In this document: positions 10,403-19,515 of the stretch, piece after piece | Numbering within the stretch: the first letter of the stretch is position 1 | Layout: each line of letters begins with the position of its first letter | DNA from: Bryobacteraceae bacterium | GTDB taxonomy: Bacteria; Acidobacteriota; Terriglobia; Bryobacterales; Bryobacteraceae | DNA: 64,000 nucleotides | Direction of reading: 5' to 3' | Assembly: GCA_963801345.1 (NCBI GenBank) | Contig: CAWDER010000010.1 | Location: forward strand, 61,325 to 125,324 | Made by a program: the position numbers and the translations under genes | The notes under the pieces: generated by a model | What the model saw: only the letters and a program-made list of their open reading frames with translations | Database searches by the model: none | What the model was told of the DNA's origin: nothing

Positions 10403-10749
10403 CGACTCCGGTATCCTCCATGTTGCTGGTGCTGGTGGCCTCATTCATCGGGTCGTTCGGGGCCGTCTTCCTGAAGCTGGGGGCAGGGAGGCTGCACCTG
10501 GAAATCCGGAGTCTGCTTCTCAACTGGCGGCTGCAATTCGGGGTGCTCCTGTTTCTCGTCGGAACCGTCTTCTATGTGCTCGGCCTGCGACGGGGGGAGT
10601 TGAGCATCCTCTATCCGATGATCGCGCTGGGCTACATTTGGACGCTGTTTTGGAGCCGTCTCTTCTTCGGCGAACCACTGACGCGCAACAAGTTTCTGGG
10701 GATCGGCATGATTCTGGCGGGGATCGTGATCCTGAACCTTGGGAAGTGA
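10399..10749 (+). CDS. small DMT/SMR-like membrane transporter subunit (EamA/ArnF-like), paired with previous
   Basis: 116 aa with four hydrophobic helices. Paralogous to the preceding ORF (GELSILYP motif in both). Translationally coupled. Confidence 0.7.
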   Translation: MTTPVSSMLLVLVASFIGSFGAVFLKLGAGRLHLEIRSLLLNWRLQFGVLLFLVGTVFYVLGLRRGELSILYPMIALGYIWTLFWSRLFFGEPLTRNKFLGIGMILAGIVILNLGK

Positions 10750-10761
10750 GTGGGGCGGCCG

Positions 10762-12111
10762 CTACTCGAGTTGGCGCTTTGCCGCCAGCATGACGGTGAG
10801 GCTGCGGTCCACATCGTCCTCGGTGGTCGCCCAATTGCAAATGCTGATGCGCATGGCGACACGACCCTGCCACTTCGTCACACCGCACCAGCAGGTCCCG
10901 TCGCGTTGGACTTGCTCTATGACGCGGTGCGTCATATCGGGATCGCCGAAGGAAACCAGCACCTGATTCAGGACGACGTCGTTGAGGATTTCACAGCCGG
11001 CCGCGCGGAGGCCTTCGGCGAATCTGCGGGCATGCCCGCAGGTCCGCTCGATCAGGTCCGCCAGGCCGGAGCGGCCCAGTGAGCGGAGCGCGGCCCAGAT
11101 CTCGATGCCGCGCGCCCGGCGGGAGAGCTCCGGAGTAAACATGCCAGGATCGCGATGCTCGGCGACCGGTATGTAGGCGGCCGTCAAAGCCATCGCCCGA
11201 TGCAGGGCGCGCGCGTCGCGAACGAAGGCCAGACCGCTGTCGTAGGGGACGTTGAGCCACTTGTGGGCGTCGGTGGCCCAGGAGTCGGCCTGTTCGACGC
11301 CGGCTACCAGGTGCGCCAGTTGCGGGCTCGCCGCGGCCCACAGTCCGAACGCGCCGTCGACATGCACCCAGGCGCCGCCGGCATGCGCCAGCGCGCTGAT
11401 CTCGCCGACGGGGTCGATCGAGCCGGTGTTCACGTTGCCGGCCTGCACGCAGACGATGGCCGGAGGTGCGAGCTTGGGGAATTGCCGCATGCGGATGCGG
11501 CCTGTGGCGTCGGTGGGGACAGCCAGCACCTTCCCGCGGCCCAGTCCCAGCAGGCCTAGCGATTTGAGGACGGAAGGATGACTTTCTTCGCTGACCACAA
11601 CCGTGATTGGCGGCGCGCCGGACAGGCCCTCGGATTCGACGTCCCATCCGGCCCGTTCGAGCACGGCAGATCGGGCGGCGGCCAGGGCCGAGAAGTTCGC
11701 CATAGTTGCCCCAGTCACGAAGCCGCAACCGCACTCCGGGGGGAGCCGCAGTACGTCGAGGAGCCAGCGCGAGGTGATTTCCTCGAGGGAGGCGCCGATG
11801 GGGCTCGAAATCCACAAGCCTGCATTCTGGTCCCAGGCTCCGGCCAGCCAATTGGCGGCCAGGGCGGCCGGCAGAGAGCCGCCATGCACGAAGCCATAGA
11901 AGCGCCGGCCCGCTGTCGCGGCTGTGGCCGGGGATCCGAGGCGGTCGAGCAGTTCGAGCACGCAGTCGGCGCTGGTGGGTCCGGCTGGAAGCGGTTCGTC
12001 CAGTTCGGCGAGGTTCTTCAGCGCTTCCGGGGCGGGGGCCACAGTGCGCTGGTCCATTTCTCTCAGGTAGCGGCCGGCCCGGGTCGCGACGTCCAGGAGC
12101 AGGTTTTCCAT
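10762..12111 (-). CDS. PLP-dependent group II amino-acid decarboxylase family protein
   Basis: 449 aa. Contains the HKWLNVPYDSG lysine motif and a fold-type I pattern. Confidence 0.85.
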   Translation of the reverse strand: MENLLLDVATRAGRYLREMDQRTVAPAPEALKNLAELDEPLPAGPTSADCVLELLDRLGSPATAATAGRRFYGFVHGGSLPAALAANWLAGAWDQNAGLWISSPIGASLEEITSRWLLDVLRLPPECGCGFVTGATMANFSALAAARSAVLERAGWDVESEGLSGAPPITVVVSEESHPSVLKSLGLLGLGRGKVLAVPTDATGRIRMRQFPKLAPPAIVCVQAGNVNTGSIDPVGEISALAHAGGAWVHVDGAFGLWAAASPQLAHLVAGVEQADSWATDAHKWLNVPYDSGLAFVRDARALHRAMALTAAYIPVAEHRDPGMFTPELSRRARGIEIWAALRSLGRSGLADLIERTCGHARRFAEGLRAAGCEILNDVVLNQVLVSFGDPDMTHRVIEQVQRDGTCWCGVTKWQGRVAMRISICNWATTEDDVDRSLTVMLAAKRQLE

Positions 12112-12151
12112 TCCACTAGGTAGGCTACTATACGGGGCGGGCTGGGGTATT

Positions 12152-12176
12152 GCGTACGCGTGGGCGCGTGCGCTAC
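12152..12176 (+). repeat. REP-A partial copy (hairpin 2 only)
   Basis: GTACGCG-TGGG-CGCGTGC GCTAC. The CTA at 12173-12175 is the TAG stop of the minus-strand methyltransferase gene. Confidence 0.7.
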
Positions 12177-12973
12177 TTCTGTGCGATCAGGCGGGCGATG
12201 CGCTCGGGGCGCCAGGACCAATCGGCGCTCGCGCGCGCGTCCTCGTAGCGCAGGATGCGGAGGGTCTCGAAGACCCTCAGGAGTTCGTTGGGGCGGGGCA
12301 GCCAGGGTGCGGCGCCCTCGCTGCCCGATTCGTCCATCAGGTGCTCGAAGACGAGGACGCCCCCGGGTTTCAGCGATTCGAGGATTCGTCCGATGTACGG
12401 CGCCCGCAGCGGGACCCAGGTGTAGCTCATGACGACGAGGTCCCACTGCGCCCGGCCGAAGTCGAAATCCTCGTGGCGGCGTTCGAGAGCGGTGAGGTTC
12501 ACGCCCGCCTTCTTGGCGGCTTCCCGCGCGGCGCGCACGCCCTCGGCTGAAAAATCGAAGCCGGTGACTTCCCATCCCTTCGACGCGAGGAAGACGGCAT
12601 TCCTGCCTTGCCCCATGTCGATGTCGAGCGCGCGTCCGGGCTTGAGATCGCGAACGGCTTCGACCATCAGGGCATTGGGCTCGGTATTGAAGCGCGGCGC
12701 GGGGCTGGAGTAAGTTCGATCGAAGAAAAGGGGGTAGAGTTCCTCGCGGCGCTCCCGGGCCAGGCGCTCGATGATCTTCGAGCGCTGTTGCACCTCGGCA
12801 CCGGCCATGCCGGAGCGCTTGAGGTGGTCGAGGTAGGACCCGCGCGGATCGGAATCGGAGACCGGCTGCGTCCGGTACCACGCGACGTACTCGCGCCAGA
12901 TTCCCTCCTCGTCCGTCGCGCCCCAGGCCAGGCCGATGGCGGCAACGCAGATCAGGAGGGATCGTCTTCGCAC
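12173..12973 (-). CDS. class I SAM-dependent methyltransferase with N-terminal signal-like sequence
   Basis: Motif I is LDIDMGQGRNAVFLASKGWEVTGFDFS. A GTG at 12973 gives VRRRSLLICVAAIGLAWG. The longer listed ORF adds an Arg/Pro-rich stretch that is unlikely to be real. Confidence 0.75.
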   Translation of the reverse strand: MRRRSLLICVAAIGLAWGATDEEGIWREYVAWYRTQPVSDSDPRGSYLDHLKRSGMAGAEVQQRSKIIERLARERREELYPLFFDRTYSSPAPRFNTEPNALMVEAVRDLKPGRALDIDMGQGRNAVFLASKGWEVTGFDFSAEGVRAAREAAKKAGVNLTALERRHEDFDFGRAQWDLVVMSYTWVPLRAPYIGRILESLKPGGVLVFEHLMDESGSEGAAPWLPRPNELLRVFETLRILRYEDARASADWSWRPERIARLIAQK

Positions 12974-12999
12974 GCCATGATTATAGCTTCGCCGGTGAA

Positions 13000-13395
13000 T
13001 TATCGGCCCGCCGCGGGCCCAATTGCGAGATCGAGGCCGGCAGCTTCGGCGAAGGCCTGGAAGTCGCGGTCCCGGGTCAGGAGAGGAATCCCGCGATCGA
13101 TACAAGTCTGGGCGATCAGGGCATCTCCGAGACGCGCCTTGCGGCGCTTTGCCAGCACCTTCGCGCGCAAGGCGCCGGCCCTTCGCCAATAGCCGGGTCT
13201 GATCTCGATGAGCGGCAGTTCTGAGAGGGTTTGTGAAACCTCCGCAGGGAGCTTCGGGTCACTCAGTACTTCGGTGAGCACAACGGGCGCCATGAGCACC
13301 TGCCGGTCCTGGAGAGCGCGATCGAGCAGTTCTGTGTCCTCGCCGCGATCGCCTTGCAGAAAAGAAATCCAGGTGCTGGTGTCGGCCGCGATCAC
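13000..13395 (-). CDS. vapC: type II toxin, PIN-domain ribonuclease VapC
   Basis: 131 aa. PIN acidic residues are in the expected positions (MIAADTS..., LTEVL, TRDRDF). 4-nt overlap with the upstream antitoxin gene. Confidence 0.85.
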   Translation of the reverse strand: MIAADTSTWISFLQGDRGEDTELLDRALQDRQVLMAPVVLTEVLSDPKLPAEVSQTLSELPLIEIRPGYWRRAGALRAKVLAKRRKARLGDALIAQTCIDRGIPLLTRDRDFQAFAEAAGLDLAIGPAAGR

Positions 13396-13595
13396 CGGTC
13401 AGCCTTGAGTTCGGCCAGCGTGCGCGTGAAACGCACCTTGCCCCGGAGTTGACGCAGCCGGGCGTAGGTCTGCGATGCGGCGACCAGTTCCAGGCCGGCA
13501 CGAACGGTCTGGGTGATGCCGGTCCCGCTAGCTCGCCGTGCCTTTTCGAGTAGCTGCGGCGGGACGATGACGGTGATCTTGCGCGCTGTCTCCAT
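13392..13595 (-). CDS. vapB: type II antitoxin VapB-like
   Basis: 67 aa from the internal Met (METARKITVIVPPQLLEKARR). Sits directly upstream of vapC with an ATGA-type overlap. Confidence 0.7.
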   Translation of the reverse strand: METARKITVIVPPQLLEKARRASGTGITQTVRAGLELVAASQTYARLRQLRGKVRFTRTLAELKADR

Positions 13596-13699
13596 GACAT
13601 CCCAGAATACCATAATGAACACCAGCATCCGATATGGTAAAACCGATCGCGGCCGGGGCTGGCCGCGCGGCGCCGACCAGTGGCGCATAATGGCTGCTG

Positions 13700-14104
13700 A
13701 TGGAACCCGAGCTCATTGCCAAGGTCTTTGAACGAGATCAATTCGCCCGCGCGAACGGGATACGGGTGGTGCAAGTCCGACCGGGATTCGCGCGAACGGA
13801 GATGACCGTCGAGGCGCGTCACCTGAACAGCGTGGGGGTCTTGCAGGGTGGCGCGTTGTTCACGCTCGCCGACCTGGCCTTCGCGGTCGCCTCAAATTCG
13901 CATGGGGTGGTGGCGCTTGCCTGCCAGGCGGACATGACCTGGTTCAAGGCCGTCACCTCGGGAAAGCTGACCGCGACGGCGGAGGAAATCGCCCGTACGC
14001 GCAAGCTCTCAACTTGTGTTGTCCGGATCACCGACGAAGCCGGGGAACTGGTGGCGCAGTTCAAGGGATTGGCCTACATCAAAGGAACGCCGCTCGAACC
14101 GTAG
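13700..14104 (+). CDS. PaaI-family hotdog-fold thioesterase
   Basis: 134 aa. GVLQGGALFTLADLAFAVA motif. Confidence 0.8.
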   Translation: MEPELIAKVFERDQFARANGIRVVQVRPGFARTEMTVEARHLNSVGVLQGGALFTLADLAFAVASNSHGVVALACQADMTWFKAVTSGKLTATAEEIARTRKLSTCVVRITDEAGELVAQFKGLAYIKGTPLEP

Positions 14105-14147
14105 GCTGGGGCGCTACTTCTCAGTGACCAGGCGCGGGCACTTCCGC

Positions 14148-14996
14148 TTACTTCGCGCCGAACGAAACGTCGAACATCGCTGGATCGATCTTCAGATTGG
14201 CTTGGAACCTTGTGAGACGCATCCTCCATTGCAGCATAGCCCTTGGACCCTCAAACTGCATTTCGTAGCCATGCGGCAGCGTAAGGCCGCCCTCCACGAG
14301 GAAGTCGGAGAACCTCTCCACGATCTGGTGGGGCAAGGTGTCGGCGGCCAAGCCGCTAAGTGCCGTACTATAGCGCGTTATGACGTGGCGATAAGTGTCC
14401 GGTTCGAAGTAGAGGTGGACTGTGAAATCGGACCCGCCGCCGCGCGGCCGGAACTCCACGTCATGAAGGCTGCGGCCCTCTATCTCTCGCAGGCCCTGGT
14501 ACCTGATGAGCCTTGGCTTCCTGCCCTCCAGATCCAGCAATGGCCAGCCCTGCGTCAGAGTGCCTCCCAGCAGCCCTTCCCCCATGAATATCCGGTTATC
14601 GAAAAAAAACAACCCCAGCACGGAATACTGTGCCTGCGGGAGCCTGGACACCTCGACGCTCTTGCCGTTGAAAAGAAACCTCTCACCGGGATAGGAGACG
14701 TTGTTGAACTTCATCGCGATGAGCCTCTTGCCCATCGCAGAGGCGACGGTAGCGGGACCCTGAATGCTTCCAAGGCAGCCACGCTGGCATGTAATGGAGC
14801 CCGTTCCGCTAATGACGAGGTTCTCTGCCGCGCGGCGGCTTTCCGCGGGGCCGATCGACTCGAGGTGCCTCTTAATCAGGTCATCGAGTTTCACTGGTTG
14901 GGCCAGCGCGTTCGACGGGATCGCTCCAAGGAACGCAGCCAGGATTCCCAGGAAAGCGGGGACCCCCGCGAAGTCAAGTAGGTTCTGGAGGCGCAT
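14148..14996 (-). CDS. hypothetical secreted protein
   Basis: 282 aa with a signal-like N-terminus (FLGILAAFLGAIPSNALA). No recognisable domain. GC looks slightly lower than the surroundings. Confidence 0.55.
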   Translation of the reverse strand: MRLQNLLDFAGVPAFLGILAAFLGAIPSNALAQPVKLDDLIKRHLESIGPAESRRAAENLVISGTGSITCQRGCLGSIQGPATVASAMGKRLIAMKFNNVSYPGERFLFNGKSVEVSRLPQAQYSVLGLFFFDNRIFMGEGLLGGTLTQGWPLLDLEGRKPRLIRYQGLREIEGRSLHDVEFRPRGGGSDFTVHLYFEPDTYRHVITRYSTALSGLAADTLPHQIVERFSDFLVEGGLTLPHGYEMQFEGPRAMLQWRMRLTRFQANLKIDPAMFDVSFGAK

Positions 14997-15084
14997 GGCC
15001 CAATAGTAGTCAAGGCACCGTAAGATTGCAAGCCAAAAAGTACCTTGCGCTTCCAGAGCAGGCCCGCATCATCACGTAGTCCAG

Positions 15085-15333
15085 GATTCCCACTTTGGCT
15101 TCCTGGCCAGGCTAATCGGCGGACACGAAACCAGAAGTATGCTGGAGGGGTACAACATCGTCAGCCTGAAAGATCTTCAGGATGCCGGGGCGAAACTGGA
15201 TGCCTGGAGTCGCCAGATGCAGAACACGAGCAATCCGGCGATCTCCAAACCCGAAACAAATCCGCCAAAGACAGCTACACAAATTCCCCAAAAGGAACCT
15301 AGTCTATCAATCTCAATGTTTGGATCTAAGTGA
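15085..15333 (+). pseudogene. C-terminal remnant of a tyrosine recombinase (phage-type integrase)
   Basis: The open frame 15010-15333 contains GGHETRSMLEGYNIVSLKDLQDAGAKL. This matches the GHKTRSVFDRYNIVSxxDL C-terminal signature, including the catalytic-Tyr position. Upstream catalytic boxes are absent. It ends 5 nt from the tRNA-Leu 3' end. Confidence 0.45.
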
Positions 15334-15338
15334 TTTAT

Positions 15339-15425
<87 letters not shown>

Positions 15426-15494
15426 AATCGAGGGGCGTTTCGACCTTATGGTAACATTCCGGGGGCGCTCAGTCGGCCGCACAGGATGACTTGG

Positions 15495-15539
15495 CCTCGA
15501 CAGGATTGTCGAGGCTGCACGCGTGGGCGCGTGCGCTAC
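15495..15539 (+). repeat. REP-A double-hairpin repeat, full copy with compensated stem 1
   Basis: CCTCGACA-GGAT-TGTCGAGG CT GCACGCG-TGGG-CGCGTGC GCTAC. The CTA at 15536-15538 is the stop of the adjacent minus-strand gene. Confidence 0.85.
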
Positions 15540-16387
15540 TTCGGAGTCGGGCAGGCGGAGGGGGCGAGGGGCTTGCGGCGGAGTTCGACCAATCGAGGGC
15601 CGGGGAGGCCGCAGGGGCAGGGGGCGTGCTCCAGGCGGCCGGACATGCCTGTGGCCATGCGGAGCACGGGCCGGCGGCGGTCGACCAGGGAGGTTACGAG
15701 CAATTCCGGACCGGCTCCGGTGTGGTCGGTCTCGAAGATGGCGGAGTCGCCGGCGACGTGGTAACCCTGGTGGGCCTCGCACTCCCAAGCCAGCAACTCG
15801 CAGGAAGGGCTCATCATCTGGCCGAAAACCGGCACTCTGAAGACGCGCCAGAACAGGTCCCGGGCCTCTTCGCTCAGGAATGCCTGCGGCAACAGCGAGA
15901 AGGCGATTAAAGAATGAACCGGACGGGGAATGGCGATCAGGCCGTTTTCGACCAACTCGGCCAGCCGGCGCAGTTCCGGAGCCGGTCCGGCGAGGGCCTC
16001 CGGGGCGAAGCGCATCCAATCGATCCGCTTCTCGCCGCCGAACACCTTCAAGGTGCGGTGCTCCCGGAACCCCTCCATCAGGACGGCGGTTCTAGCGGCT
16101 GGCGGCAGAGGCCAGTACAACTCGCGAAGCGGGCTGCGCGGTTCGTTGCCGTTGAGCAGGGCTCTCGATCCTATGCCCGGCACGGGCGGACACACGCGTG
16201 GGAGTCTCGCCAGGGCAGCCTCGGCGGGCTCCAGCCCGGCGATGCTCTCCGGAGTACCCAGCTCGGCCGATTCCAGTAGAGGACGGTAGAAGTGAGTGTC
16301 AAGAGCTGCCAGCAAAACCGCTCTCAGCTTCCACCCGCGGTCCCCGGCTGGGCCTCGCGCCGAGCTGGGTTTCCAGAGGATGTGCAC
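15536..16387 (-). CDS. PaaK/F390-synthetase-like protein (divergent, no recognisable N-terminal P-loop)
   Basis: The C-terminal half (ECEAHQGYHVAGDSAIFE...LLVTSL...CPCGLPGPRL) resembles phenylacetate-CoA ligase-family enzymes. I cannot find an SSGTTG-type AMP motif. Confidence 0.5.
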   Translation of the reverse strand: MHILWKPSSARGPAGDRGWKLRAVLLAALDTHFYRPLLESAELGTPESIAGLEPAEAALARLPRVCPPVPGIGSRALLNGNEPRSPLRELYWPLPPAARTAVLMEGFREHRTLKVFGGEKRIDWMRFAPEALAGPAPELRRLAELVENGLIAIPRPVHSLIAFSLLPQAFLSEEARDLFWRVFRVPVFGQMMSPSCELLAWECEAHQGYHVAGDSAIFETDHTGAGPELLVTSLVDRRRPVLRMATGMSGRLEHAPCPCGLPGPRLVELRRKPLAPSACPTPK

Positions 16388-16436
16388 TCTCAGTGAGCTT
16401 CCTAAAAAGCTTAGTGAGCGGAGCCCGGATTTATTC

Positions 16437-17111
16437 TCAGGGGGTGTTGTCGGGGCTGAACGGGCGATGCACGCCGGTCGAGAGGGCCAACTGGGTCAAG
16501 GAGGCTGCGTTGGTGACGCCGAGCTTCCTCATCAGCGTCTTGCGGTAACTGCGGACCGTCTGCAAGCCGAGGTTGAGCAGGGCCGCGATCTCCTTGCTGG
16601 TGTGCCCCTCCGTTACCAGCCGCATCACTTGCAGTTCCCTGGGCGAAAGGGAATCGAGCGGCGCGGCGCCTGGCGCGCCGGCCAAGTCGCCTCGCTGAAT
16701 GCGGCGCAGCAACCGATCGGAGACTTGCGGGCTCAAATAGGAGCCGCCGCGGGCGACGGTGCGCAAGGCGTCGAGCAGGTCGTTCGCCGAAGCCCTCTTC
16801 AAAACGTAGGCCCGGGCTCCGGCGCGGATGGCGCTGACGATGGACTTCTCGTCGTCATACACCGACAGGATGATCACCCTGGTCGCCGGGTGGTGCCGCA
16901 GTAACTCGGCAGTTACCGAGATGCCATCGACACCCGGCAGAGCGATCTCCATCAGAACCAGGTCCGGGCGCAACTGCTTACAGATACCGATCGCCTCCGG
17001 ACCGTTGCCGGCTTCCGCGACGACCACAAACTCCTCCTGGCGCGCGAGGATCGCTTTGACGCCGTCGCGCAGGATCTGCTGGTCGTCAGCCAATACGACG
17101 TTGTAAGGCAT
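16437..17111 (-). CDS. two-component response regulator, NarL/LuxR family
   Basis: REC domain (VVLADDQ..., DLVLMEIALPGVDG) plus a LuxR HTH (LSPRELQVMRLVTEGHTSKEIA). No kinase gene is adjacent. Confidence 0.9.
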   Translation of the reverse strand: MPYNVVLADDQQILRDGVKAILARQEEFVVVAEAGNGPEAIGICKQLRPDLVLMEIALPGVDGISVTAELLRHHPATRVIILSVYDDEKSIVSAIRAGARAYVLKRASANDLLDALRTVARGGSYLSPQVSDRLLRRIQRGDLAGAPGAAPLDSLSPRELQVMRLVTEGHTSKEIAALLNLGLQTVRSYRKTLMRKLGVTNAASLTQLALSTGVHRPFSPDNTP

Positions 17112-17146
17112 GCCGAGGTCCTGGCGCTACGAATGCAGATCGCCGG

Positions 17147-18109
17147 TTACTTCTTGCGTTTCAAGACGCGGTGTGCCGCCGCGATGACGTCGCGGGAGCG
17201 CAAACCGTACTTATCCAACAACTCGTCGGGCGTGGCGGATTCGGCGTAGACGTTTTCGATGCCGACAAACTCCATCGGGCACGGCCGGGTCATGGCGGCT
17301 ACCTGCGCGACGCGCACGCCGAGTCCACCGTCCACCAGGTGCTCCTCGGCCACCACGATGGCGCCCGTTTCGGCGGCGCGTCGGATGGCATCGACGTCGA
17401 GCGGCTTGATGGTGTGCATGTCGATGACGCGGGCCGAGACTCCCTCGCCGGCGAGGTGCTCGGCGGCGCGAATCGCCTCGGCCACTAAGAGGCCGGTGGC
17501 GACGATGGCGAGGTCCGTTCCTTCCACCAACTCCTCGGCCTTGCCTATGGTGAAGGTGTGGCCGGCCTGGTAAATCACCGGCACCTTCGGGCGGCCGGCG
17601 CGGATGTAGACGGGGCCCAAGTGAGCGGCGGCGGCGCGGATCAGCGCCCGCATCGACACTTCATCCGCAGGGGATAGCACCGTGAAGCCGGGCAGGGAGC
17701 AGGCCAGACTGAGGTCCTCGATGGCCATCTGAGAGGGGCCGTCTTCACCTATGGAGATCCCGCAGTGGGTCCCCACGATCTTCGCGTTGACGTCCGGGTA
17801 GGCTAGCACGACGCGCAATTGCTCGAAGCCCTTGTTGATAATGAAGCTCGAAAAACTGGCGGCGAAGGGAATCTTGCCCGCCGACGCCAGCCCGGCGGCG
17901 ATGCCCACCATGTTCGACTCGGCGATGCCACAGGAAAAGAATCGTCCCGGGAACTCCTTGGCGAACAGGTGCGTGTAAGTGGATTTGGACAGATCGCCGT
18001 CGATGGCCACCACGTCGGGGTTCTCCCGGCCGAGTTCGACCAGCGCATGGCCGAAAGCCTCGCGGGTGGCCATGCCCATCTTGAGTTCAAACTTAGTATT
18101 GGCCGGCAT
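17147..18109 (-). CDS. transketolase, C-terminal (pyrimidine-binding) subunit
   Basis: 320 aa. Typical split-transketolase subunit B, located directly downstream of subunit A. Confidence 0.9.
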   Translation of the reverse strand: MPANTKFELKMGMATREAFGHALVELGRENPDVVAIDGDLSKSTYTHLFAKEFPGRFFSCGIAESNMVGIAAGLASAGKIPFAASFSSFIINKGFEQLRVVLAYPDVNAKIVGTHCGISIGEDGPSQMAIEDLSLACSLPGFTVLSPADEVSMRALIRAAAAHLGPVYIRAGRPKVPVIYQAGHTFTIGKAEELVEGTDLAIVATGLLVAEAIRAAEHLAGEGVSARVIDMHTIKPLDVDAIRRAAETGAIVVAEEHLVDGGLGVRVAQVAAMTRPCPMEFVGIENVYAESATPDELLDKYGLRSRDVIAAAHRVLKRKK

Positions 18110-18112
18110 GGT

Positions 18113-18958
18113 CTACTGAAGCTCCTTGAGCGCGATTTCCATTTCCGCCGCCGTGGGAGCGACCCCGTGGAATTTAGGGTTGTTCTCCATGAAAGAAACG
18201 CCCTTGCCTTTGACGGTATGGGCGACGATCACGGACGGCTTGCCCTTGAACGAGGCGGCCTCGGCGAAGCCGTGCTGCAGCGCCGCAATGTCATGCCCGT
18301 CCAACTCAATGACATGCCAGCCAAAAGCGCGCCATTTTTCGGCGAAGGGTTCCAGGTCCATGATGTCCTTGACGAACCCGTCGAGTTGGATCCTGTTGTC
18401 GTCGACAATGCAGCACACATTGTCGTACCGATGGAAGGCGCCGAACATAGCAGCTTCCCAGATCTGCCCTTCCTGACACTCGCCGTCACCCAGCACAACA
18501 TACGTGCGCCACGAGGCACAGTCCAGGCGCGCCGCGGCGCCCATGCCGAGCGCCAGCGACAGTCCCTGCCCGAGCGAGCCCGTGGATGCTTCCAGGCACG
18601 GCAAAAAGCGCCGGTCCGGGTGGCCCTGGTAGGGCGAGCCCAGCTTCCGCAGCGTGTTGAGTTGGTCGACGGGCGCGTAGCCGCACTCGGCCAAGACGGC
18701 ATAGAGCACGGGAGCCGCGTGGCCCTTGGAGAGGATGAAACGGTCGCGCTGCGGCCAGCGGGGTTGCGAGGGGTCGTGCCGCAGGGCGTCGTAGTAAAGC
18801 GTGACCAGGATTTCGACCGCCGAAAGAGAGCCGCCGGGGTGGCCGGACTTGGCCGCGCCGATCATTTCAATGATGTGGCGGCGGATGCCTTTGGCGATGG
18901 ACTGCAGTTCGCCTACGTTTTGTGTCTGCTTCATGGCTCGAACGTTCCAATGTACCAT
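18113..18958 (-). CDS. transketolase, N-terminal (TPP-binding) subunit
   Basis: Motifs SGHPGGSLS and GDGECQEGQIWEA. An alternative start at 18934 (MKQTQ) is possible. Confidence 0.9.
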   Translation of the reverse strand: MVHWNVRAMKQTQNVGELQSIAKGIRRHIIEMIGAAKSGHPGGSLSAVEILVTLYYDALRHDPSQPRWPQRDRFILSKGHAAPVLYAVLAECGYAPVDQLNTLRKLGSPYQGHPDRRFLPCLEASTGSLGQGLSLALGMGAAARLDCASWRTYVVLGDGECQEGQIWEAAMFGAFHRYDNVCCIVDDNRIQLDGFVKDIMDLEPFAEKWRAFGWHVIELDGHDIAALQHGFAEAASFKGKPSVIVAHTVKGKGVSFMENNPKFHGVAPTAAEMEIALKELQ

Positions 18959-18975
18959 AGGGGGCGGAGGCGACC

Positions 18976-19392
18976 ATGGCGCAAACGGTTCGCAAGATCG
19001 ACTACTACTACGTCTCGGTTTCGGACAAGCCGGGGGAGGCGTCGCGGATTCTGTCCGGGTTGCAGGAAGCCGGGGTGAATCTGCTCGGATTCAGCGGGTT
19101 TCCGGAGGGTGCGCGCAAGGCGCAACTGGATTTCCTGCCGGAAGACCCGGCGGCATTTGCGAAGGCGGCACGCAAGGCGGGCTTGAAGCTGAGCAAGAAG
19201 AAGACGGGGTTCCTGATCCAGGGTGAAGACCGTCCCGGCGCCGTGGCCGGACTGCTGGCAAAGCTGGCCGGGGTGGGGATCAACGTGACCTCGGTTCAGG
19301 CGGCCGCCGCGGGTGCGGGACTTTACTGCGGCATCCTGTGGGTGAAGGCGGCGGACGTGCGCAAGGCCGCGAAGGCGTTGGGCGCGGCCTGA
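18976..19392 (+). CDS. ACT-like domain protein, function unknown
   Basis: 138 aa with two tandem ACT-like halves (YYYVSVSDKPGEASRIL; FLIQGEDRPGAVAGLL). Confidence 0.5.
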   Translation: MAQTVRKIDYYYVSVSDKPGEASRILSGLQEAGVNLLGFSGFPEGARKAQLDFLPEDPAAFAKAARKAGLKLSKKKTGFLIQGEDRPGAVAGLLAKLAGVGINVTSVQAAAAGAGLYCGILWVKAADVRKAAKALGAA

Positions 19393-19419
19393 GCGTTATC
19401 CCTGGTGGCGCAGGCGATC

Positions 19420-19485
19420 TCACGCCAAGACGCCAAGGCGCAAAGAACTCAAGGTATTCCTTTGCGTCCTTGCGGTTTTGCGTGA
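19420..19485. repeat. octamer-periodic hairpin element in a convergent intergenic gap
   Basis: Arms are TCACGC-CAAGACGC-CAAGGCGC-AAAG and its imperfect complement CTTTGCGTCCTTGCGGTTTTGCGTGA (19 of 26 paired). Confidence 0.6.
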
Positions 19486-19515
19486 GGGAGAAGAATTGGA
19501 GCTGCTGTAGTACCC

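Noticed and set aside
12173-13189. The 338-aa form of the methyltransferase, which overlaps the vapC gene.
   Set aside because: The extra 70 residues or so are Arg/Pro-rich and overlap vapC coding sequence. The GTG at 12973 yields a sensible signal-like N-terminus.
15010-15333. An intact integrase, or an active integrative element, at tRNA-Leu.
   Set aside because: Only the last 35-40 residues or so resemble a tyrosine recombinase. The open frame is 108 codons and lacks the Arg-His-Arg boxes. No att repeat was found by eye.
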